From the NCBI RefSeq assembly GCF_009914755.1, contig NC_060934.1: a DNA stretch of 64,000 bases. One strand, given 5' to 3'. Source of the DNA: the human T2T-CHM13v2.0 reference genome, Homo sapiens. The notes under the pieces are model-generated. The model saw nothing but the letters and a program-made list of their open reading frames with translations, was not told the DNA's origin and made no database searches. Shown here one piece after another: positions 55,672-64,000 of the stretch. The first letter of the stretch is position 1. Every line of letters starts with the position of its first letter. The position numbers were made by a program, and so were the translations under genes.

Positions 55672-57388
55672 TACTTAGAGAGTCCCACAGGTGACCTAAT
55701 AACTGAAGCAATCAGCTCTCAAAAGCTTTACCCTGTCACTTCAAGTGACAATGTCAGCGTCAACAAATCCAGAACAAAAGGAAGGACATCTAGAGAGAGA
55801 AATCCACAGCAAAGACTAGTTAGAGTGGTTTTCTCAAAACAGATAGAGATGGAAGGTAACAAGAGGGTGCATGTTCCCTAGCACATCCCTCCAGGCCAGC
55901 TGAGCCAAGCCTCGGAGAGGGCAATGGAGGTCCTCAGCCCATCAGCCATGACATACATATACATGACATAATCACTCAGACTCACCTAAAATTAAAAACA
56001 ACAAACAAACAAATGGAGGACTCTCTCATGCTTATTCTACCAATTTTAAGTCAGTTCAGTCTCTAATGTTCAGTAGGTCATCAGGCAAAGGTGACATCAC
56101 ACTCAATCCCCAAACTGATGCCTATTCTCTTTAGCTTTTCTTCTCCCTCTGTCTACAGACACCCAGAAGCAGCTGGTGACATTGAATACCTAATCACTGT
56201 TACTTCCCTCTTTATCTGTTTTCTGGCTTGGCTAGAGGCCTACCAAAAGGGTTAGTTACATAGCCAAGGTTTAAGATGAGTGCTTTCAACACTCTCCACC
56301 TAGCCAAACCTACTCTGTCCTGAAAACAGTACAGCAGTCCAAGTGGGGAAGCAGAGAAGACAGCTGTTTTGAAACGCAGGCTAAATAAGTGGTTAAATGC
56401 ACATTTTCTAAGGGCAAACTTCTAGGGTTTATACCCTACTACAGTAGACAGAAAATTGAGCTTTACTTTCCTCACGCACAAAATGGAGATAACAGCGCCA
56501 TTGAGAATATTAAAGGAGACAAACCAGGTAAACTCAGAAGAGTGTCTGGAATACAATAAGCACTCAGTTTATGTTAGCTATTATTATAATTTCTGACCTA
56601 GGGTTGTGTTTTACTCGGTAGGTCTAACAGAGGGAAAAGGGTGCAAGAGTGTAATGGTTGAAGTGATGGAAGCTGACTGGGAGAGAGAACAGCCAAGGGA
56701 TTGGAGTTCTTGAAGCTGAAGTACAGATGCACTGGAAGTCATTCAGCTAAAAAGCTAGAAAAATGGGCAAAGAGCAGAAGAGTTTTTTAAGTTTTTAAGG
56801 GTGTAGCTGCTGACATAAATAATTATAAGATTCAGAGACTGGGTGGCTTCATGAAAAGGTAAAGGTCACTAAATTTGAGGTCAAGCAGTTGAGAGCCAGG
56901 ATGTTGGTTTAGTTAACCACATGGAATTTGAAGTGACCGTCATAAAGGTGGGACTTGGGGAGAAGAGGGTAACTATAAGCCAGGTGCCAAAGTCTTCAGT
57001 GAATGAAATGAAATGAATGGGAATGGCAGGGACAGGAAGTTCAGAAAATAATAAAGTCATATTGTATAAGCACATCTAAAGAAGGATGCCAGCTGCTCTC
57101 CCCAGATCCAACTGATGCTAGCTGGTGGGAAAAGACCACAGACCCAAGGCTGCTAAATATCTTGCGATGTTTAAGAGAGTATAATGACAATACAGCAACC
57201 TGACCTATCCAAAATGTTACTACTGCTCCTGCTGAGAAATACAGCCATCAAACTGTTTAGAGTGCCTTCTCAAAGAAGCCTGGCTATTTCACATGTCATG
57301 GCATCTCTGAAGCCCTTTCGAAGGATCATTTGTGTCCTCTCTCTACCCCTACACATACGTCCACCACAGTATGGCTCATACTTTATGT

Positions 57389-57700
57389 ATTTTTTTTTTG
57401 ATTGATTGATTGATCGACTGGAGACAAGGTCTCACTCTGTCACCAGGCTGGAATGCAGTGGCAAAATCACAGCTCACTGAAGCCTTGACCTCCTAAGCTC
57501 AAGTGATCTTCCCACCTCAGCCTCCTGAACAGCCAGGACTACAGTTGCAAACCACCACACCTGGCTAATTTTTTTTTATTTTTTGTAGAGATGAGATCCC
57601 TATGTTGCCCACAGTGGTCTGAACTCCTGGCCTCAAGCGATCCTCCTGTCTCAGCCTCACAAAGTGCTAGGATTATAGGCATGAGCCACCACACCTAGCT
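57389..57700 (-). mobile_element. AluJ
   Basis: Reverse-complement Alu with (TTGA)n tail. Confidence 0.9.
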
Positions 57701-57926
57701 ACATGTATACATTTAAATGTCACTCTCCCATAGGTACTTGCAGGGCTGAGGCAAGATGTAGTCATCTTTTCATGCCTATCTCTTAATGCTGTGTAAGCAC
57801 TTCATAAATGTTATATAAGAGTTCTCACAGTCACCAAATCAGGGAACAGAGCATAAAAAGAATACTCTCCTATGAAGATGGGTCATGAAGCATTTAAGCT
57901 TTGACTATAAAGAATGATTTTTTTCT

Positions 57927-58222
<296 letters not shown>

Positions 58223-60189
58223 GAGATTTTCCAATAAAGATTAGAAAGGAGGTGTGATATTTTTTCACCAACTGGTAGGATAACATTTTTAAATACTCCT
58301 GATGAGAAGTAGTCATGGCTGACACCCAAAAGTAAAAACTCAGGATTTGGAGAATAAAGTTGTTAGTTAACTTGGAAAATCCTTTACCCAGTACACTAAA
58401 CTAAAAACGATGATGTCTTAAATTAGCAAAATCCCTTTGTATTCCTCATTCTCTAAAAACTTTTTAAAAATTTACTTACCCTAGAGTTTAAATGAGATGC
58501 TTATAAATTCATCTTTGCTGTAGGTTAAGTAATGAGAGGGTTTTAAAATTTTGTTTCTGTTCCTCCTTGCAAGTGTCCCATGCCTGTTTTATTCTTTTTA
58601 GTCACTGAGATTATCTCCAAATGTCAAATTTTCAAATTAATCTGTATTTGATATAAATTCTTGAACATGTAGAAAAAGTAGGGAAAACAAAGTGAATATA
58701 TCTTATGATTTCAGCCTAGGTGAATTCACATTTTGTTAGGGTGGGGGGTTTACTGTTATTCGTTTACAGGAAAACAGAAAGATGGAGAAAAACGGTGTGG
58801 AAATAATAAAAACTTTAAAGGAAAACAATTTTCAGGGTAGTACAAAACAATCCTTAGGTACTTAAAAAATTATTGAAAGAACATATTTGCTCCAAATTTA
58901 ATGATATCACTTCTCCTTCAGTTCTTTAAACTTGAAATCTTTGATTAATAAGCATAAACTTCTGTGAAAACATCATAAAATGAATTACTTTTTTGGACTC
59001 ATAAAATAATTTATTATAGGCCCTTGGCCTTATTCTCCTTTGGGTTTGGAGAACTCAGTAAAGTATACATTACAAAGTTTGTGCAAGGAAGTAAGTACTA
59101 ACAGAAGTGAATACTATTCCCTCCTCATTACTGCACAGGCATAACTAAAGAATAAAAACTTTGTGTTTTCTGTAAAAAAGGACTCTGAGAAAAGGAAATT
59201 GATAGTGAAAATTCCAAGATGTTCATGGTCAATGTTCACTCAGTAATGAAGTGCTATCAAGTGGTACAGAGTTTTATTTTAGTGGCAGGAATTTTTGTAA
59301 TTATGTAAATGATTTTACTCCTATATTTGGTCTTTAAAAATTGAATATACAGGCATATACCCTTTACAGAATTATGTAAGTAAAATTATAGCCATAATCA
59401 CATTTAACAATTGAAACGATTTTTAACATCTGGATTATGAATATAAAATAATTTCTTGTATCTCATGTTTAGTTAAAACACTGTGTTATTTGAGGGTAAC
59501 ATTTTTTTTGTTAATTTTCCCAAATCCCTTCCTGATGATACCTCACACACTGGCTTTTCTGGCCACAGCACAAAACTCAGCTGATTATCTACAGAGAACA
59601 GTCTACAACTCTATAATTATTTCTGTGCCACCTTCCTGGTTCTAACCGAAAGTACAGACTATTAGACATCCATAATTACGGTTGGAATAATTTCTCCTGT
59701 TAACATTATTCTTACACTTGCCCACCCAAAAACTTGGAACACTTTTCTGCCCACTGACATAATTTCAATTATGACATAATTTCAATTGTAGTTTATTTTT
59801 ATTGTTCATAACTCAGAAATATTCAATATTATTTGTATACTAGGAAAGATAGTATGCCTAATCACCTCCAGAATACTCACAAAAATTAAATAAGCTATCA
59901 AATCACATTTTTAAAACTTTTTTTACAATCAAGATTTCTAAAAATTAAATAATGTTCCTATACTTTGGCCACTTTAAAAATAAATCAGATTCTTTGTTGG
60001 AAAGTCTATAAGCCAGCATTTCAATTTTTACTATAACTCTTCGAGGAACAAAATATACCCCATACTTGATGACAATCAGCAATAATCAGCAGAAGAAAAG
60101 ATATTTGGAAAGAAAGACAGTTTACAACAGTGAACTTCTGAATGCAAAAAATTTCAGTGCAAAATAGTTTTACACTATTAATACTATTG

Positions 60190-60485
60190 CAGTCATGTGC
60201 TACATAATGACATTTCACTGACGGTCCCATAAAGTTATAATATTTTTACTGTACCTTTTCTATGTCTAGACATGTTTACATATGCAAATACCATTGTGTT
60301 ACAACCACCTATGGTATCCAGTACAGTAACATGCTATACAGGTTTGTAACCTAGGAGCAATACGCCATACCATACAGATATGTAGTAGCCCATACCATGT
60401 AGATTTATGTAAGTACACGCACAATAACAAAATCACCCAACACATTTCTCAGAATGTATCCCTGTCATTAAGCGATGCATGACTG
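60190..60485. mobile_element. Tigger3a/MER7-like DNA transposon (second copy)
   Basis: TIRs CAGTCATGTG...GCATGACTG; same internal motifs as 55289-55671. Confidence 0.78.
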
Positions 60486-60556
60486 TGTATTTTATGTCTA
60501 ATTCAAGTCAAACACAATTTTTTAATATTGTATTTGTAATATGAAATGAAGACGTG

Positions 60557-60848
<292 letters not shown>

Positions 60849-61320
60849 GAAATGAAGACTTGTTTACTTCATTGAGTAAATGATTACTGAACACTCACTA
60901 TGTGCCAGGCATGTTCTCAATATGGGGGATTCACAGGTGATAAAGACAAACATAGTTTCTACTTTTCCATTATCATGAAGCCCAAATTTTTTAAAAATTT
61001 ATTTTGCAGATGTCATCAAACGAAGTCTATGTGTTATCTTGAATCATTTACATTCAAAAATACTTAATCCTGCAATAAAATGTTAAAAAGTCACAGATGT
61101 TACAGAGTCAGGGTTGAAAAAGAGCTCATTAGTTCCAAGATGCACATTATTTTACATTTTGACATCTCTGAAATCAGTCACATCTTACAATGTAATCAGA
61201 CTAGACGGCAATGGAGATGGAGTTGGCACTGCCGTGCATCAAAACTTCAAAACTCAGAATGAGCACTAGGGGCTTGGAAGAAAATCCCAGGTTTGATGGT
61301 AAAGGCACCATTTTAAGGAA

Positions 61321-61463
61321 TTTTTTTTTTTTTTTTTGTGGTAGAGATGGGATATCGCTATGCTGACTGACCAGGCTGGTCTCAAACTCCTGGCCTCAAG
61401 CAATCCTCCCATCTGGGCCTCCCAAAGTGGTGGGATTACAGGCGTGAAGCACCACACCCAGCC
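61321..61463 (-). mobile_element. FLAM (free left Alu monomer)
   Basis: Single left arm with poly(T), TSD TTAAGGA. Confidence 0.85.
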
Positions 61464-63039
61464 TTAAGGATTTCTGATGATTCAAGATTCAATAAAACAT
61501 AATAGTTCAAAGTTTTCATTTATTATAGGTGAGGAAAATGAAATTCAGAGTGGTCACACAACTTGCCCTAGTTTACAAAGCTGGACAGGTAGAATAGAGT
61601 CCAGGTCTGTTTTCTACAGTCATTCACTCTTCTACCAGTGTTCAGTTATATGGAGGAAAAGGGTGTCATACAAAACAAGTAGGTAAGAAGATGGCTCTAA
61701 GTTACAAAGACGGATTTGTAACTTAATCCGTCCTTGCCTCAGTTTCTCCATCTATTAAAACAGGGATTTAACAAACCTAACTCACAGTACTGCTGTAAGC
61801 ATTAAATAAAATATGTCTAGCAATTATCACAAAGATTGGCATATGGTAAATACTCCATAAATGTCAACTACTTGAGATCAAACTTTACATTTATTATACA
61901 CTAAGTCAAGCCCACATATAGTTGTCTAAAGCGCTTGAAAACTAAATAAACTGGTCAAGTGTTTGAAGTGATAAATACAATGAAAATTTCCACCTTAACA
62001 ATGTTTTGTCCAGGTACTATGCCAAGAACCCAATAGACCTACCTGCAAGAAACCATACAAAAAGCAAGATTCCAGGCTGGCATGACGATCAAATTATGTA
62101 CTTCAATGCGTGTGAATGCATTTATAAGCACAGTCTCAATACATAAATAAGGAACAAAATATTTAAAATGTATAAACAGATCATTTCTCTTTGCTTTCTT
62201 TAAAATACTATATCAGAATCACCTGAGGAACTTGATAACAATTTTTTTAAAAACTATTATAACTACGTATATTAAGCCTTGTTAAAACCACAAGTTTTAG
62301 AGGTTTAAGCCTTACTAGGTCAGCTCTTCTGATTTTGAGAGTTTAAGTGAAAATTTAAATTATAACACAGTATGTGGAGTAAACCTGCTTCAAATATTAG
62401 TTTCTACATTATTGTTTCTATAAAAATAGTAATCTTCTGTATTTTAATATCAACTCATCACATATTAAATATTTCAGTCAAATCAAAATTTCATTTGAAA
62501 TCTTCAATCTAAAAAATACACAGTTAAGCGCTTAAAAAGTAATTTTAACCACTAGGAAATGTTAATGATTAACTCACATTTGTTTCTGTTTCACTCCATG
62601 ACAAAGTCTATAGGACACCCTGCAGAGAGGAAAACTCACATTAATATACCCATAATTTTACTTTCAGAAGCTTCTGGTAATCAAAGACTTATTATGAGGT
62701 GTCTTCATGTTACCACTGCGCAGTAGCAAACTTAAAATATTCTAAAGATTAATCTATTTTCTCATTTTTTTAATGCTTTTGTTAAAATCTCAACAAGTAC
62801 TAACATGTTATCTAAATTTAAACCTTAAAACAATAACACGACCCAATATGTGAACTCTGCCTATTAATTCTAAAACTTTTAATAATAGTTTGCTTATGTT
62901 TGAGACTTAAAACAATAACATACTGCACTACACCCATCTTAGATATTTTCTAGGATCAAAGTCTATCTGGAGCAGGGCAAGCTGTGGTTGAGGGTGGTTG
63001 GGTCAGCAGGTAAGAGCCTTATGACCAGCTCTAAACGCC

Positions 63040-63700
63040 TCCACGGTGAGGAGCACCTCGAGCTAACAGACCAAGCACCAAAGGGTGGAACAGCTCAAGG
63101 TTGCATTTAGGAGACTCCAGCCTCGGCCGCCCGTGACTCCTCGACGAGCCCCACCTCTCTCGGTTCCAGCATCCGGCCCGCCCCTTCCTCCCAGGCTACC
63201 ACAGTATCGCCCGCCGAGCTCCCGGGCTGCGGGAAATGACGGAAACAAAAACTTGGTACACAAAGAAGGGCTAGGTCAGAAGTGAGGTCCCACCCTGGCA
63301 AGAAGGGCGACTTTTCTAGAAAAACTTAGCGGCAAGTTAACGGGAAGCGCGGCGACACAGTTCCTACGATTGTGGGGGGCACTCTGCCGCCAGGCAGTCT
63401 CATCCTTTGTCCTTTGAGAGGCCTCCTTGAAGCCGAAGGCTCTTAAGTGTCCCTGGGCAACCCTTGACTCGATCTCCATTACGGGCCCTCACTGACAGCA
63501 GCCATGACAGTTGCTTCCGGATATATTGAATCGCCGCGGCCAGAGTCTCCCGGAAGTGACGCAACGCGGAGGGATCCGCGTTCGGCAGTGGGAGACCGAA
63601 GCGAAGTGGTTCCCGGAAGCGGCTGCAGCTGGGCTGCTGGTGGCGGGGCGGGGGTAGAGTGGGGAGAGAGGTTGTGGGTCTTACAACCAACCAACCCCAA
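63040..63700. promoter_or_regulatory. CpG-island promoter with clustered ETS sites
   Basis: CpG-rich; GCTTCCGG 63513-63520, CCGGAAGTGACG (ETS-CRE composite) 63550-63561, TTCCCGGAAG 63610-63619, GC boxes ~63643-63654. Confidence 0.85.
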
Positions 63701-64000
63701 CACGTTTTACGTGTTAGGCAGGCATTGTGCTGAACACCTCATTGGCAAGCCATTTAATCCCTTCCTTACAATCCCAGCAGTCAGAAATGTATCACTTACA
63801 TTTTATATATGGGGAAACTAAGGTTAAGAGAGGGCAAGTAAATTTGTCCGAGATCGTATAGCTGGTACTTGGTGAACGTGGTCTAACCCAGACACCGCGT
63901 TCTCCCTGGTGACTCCATTTTGTAAAACCAGAGCTGTTGGCGCATGGCATCCTCGTAAGCCCCTTTAAGTTAGGCACTCTGTTGCCCAGAGAGGGGCCAA

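Noticed and set aside
59755-59787. Direct repeat TGACATAATTTCAATT x2
   Set aside because: Simple 17-bp slippage duplication with no further structure

Overview
This is primate (almost certainly human) genomic DNA from the chr10q24.1 CC2D2B-CCNJ region, and roughly half of it is interspersed repeat (Alu, L1, L2, MIR, MER/Tigger, MaLR/ERVL LTRs). On the + strand are the last two coding exons and 3' UTR of CC2D2B (536-~7050) and the complete cyclin J gene CCNJ. CCNJ has a CpG-island promoter at ~16.5-17.8 kb, a non-coding exon 1, and five coding exons (17706-31550). Three alternative acceptors give 383/372/371-aa proteins, and the ~2.6 kb 3' UTR runs to ~34180. On the - strand are the MIR3157 hairpin (37624-37708) and a second CpG-island/ETS promoter at ~63.0-63.7 kb. 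From recall, that promoter is the 5' end of the long antisense lncRNA ENTPD1-AS1. Nearly all entries in the ORF track are repeat-derived or chance ORFs, and no prokaryotic-type system (CRISPR etc.) is present. The best leads concern RNA processing. In CCNJ they are an apparent 76-nt G-rich poison cassette exon, an exon 3-4 junction that rebuilds a 5' splice site, an intronic poly(A) truncation, three tandem uORFs and a miRNA-dense 3' UTR with alternative poly(A) signals. At the antisense locus they are two AG|GT recursive-splice-like sites, a TAATG stop-start ORF pair and possible remnants of a decayed gene. Repeat subfamily names and gene identities come from recognition by eye, not from database searches.
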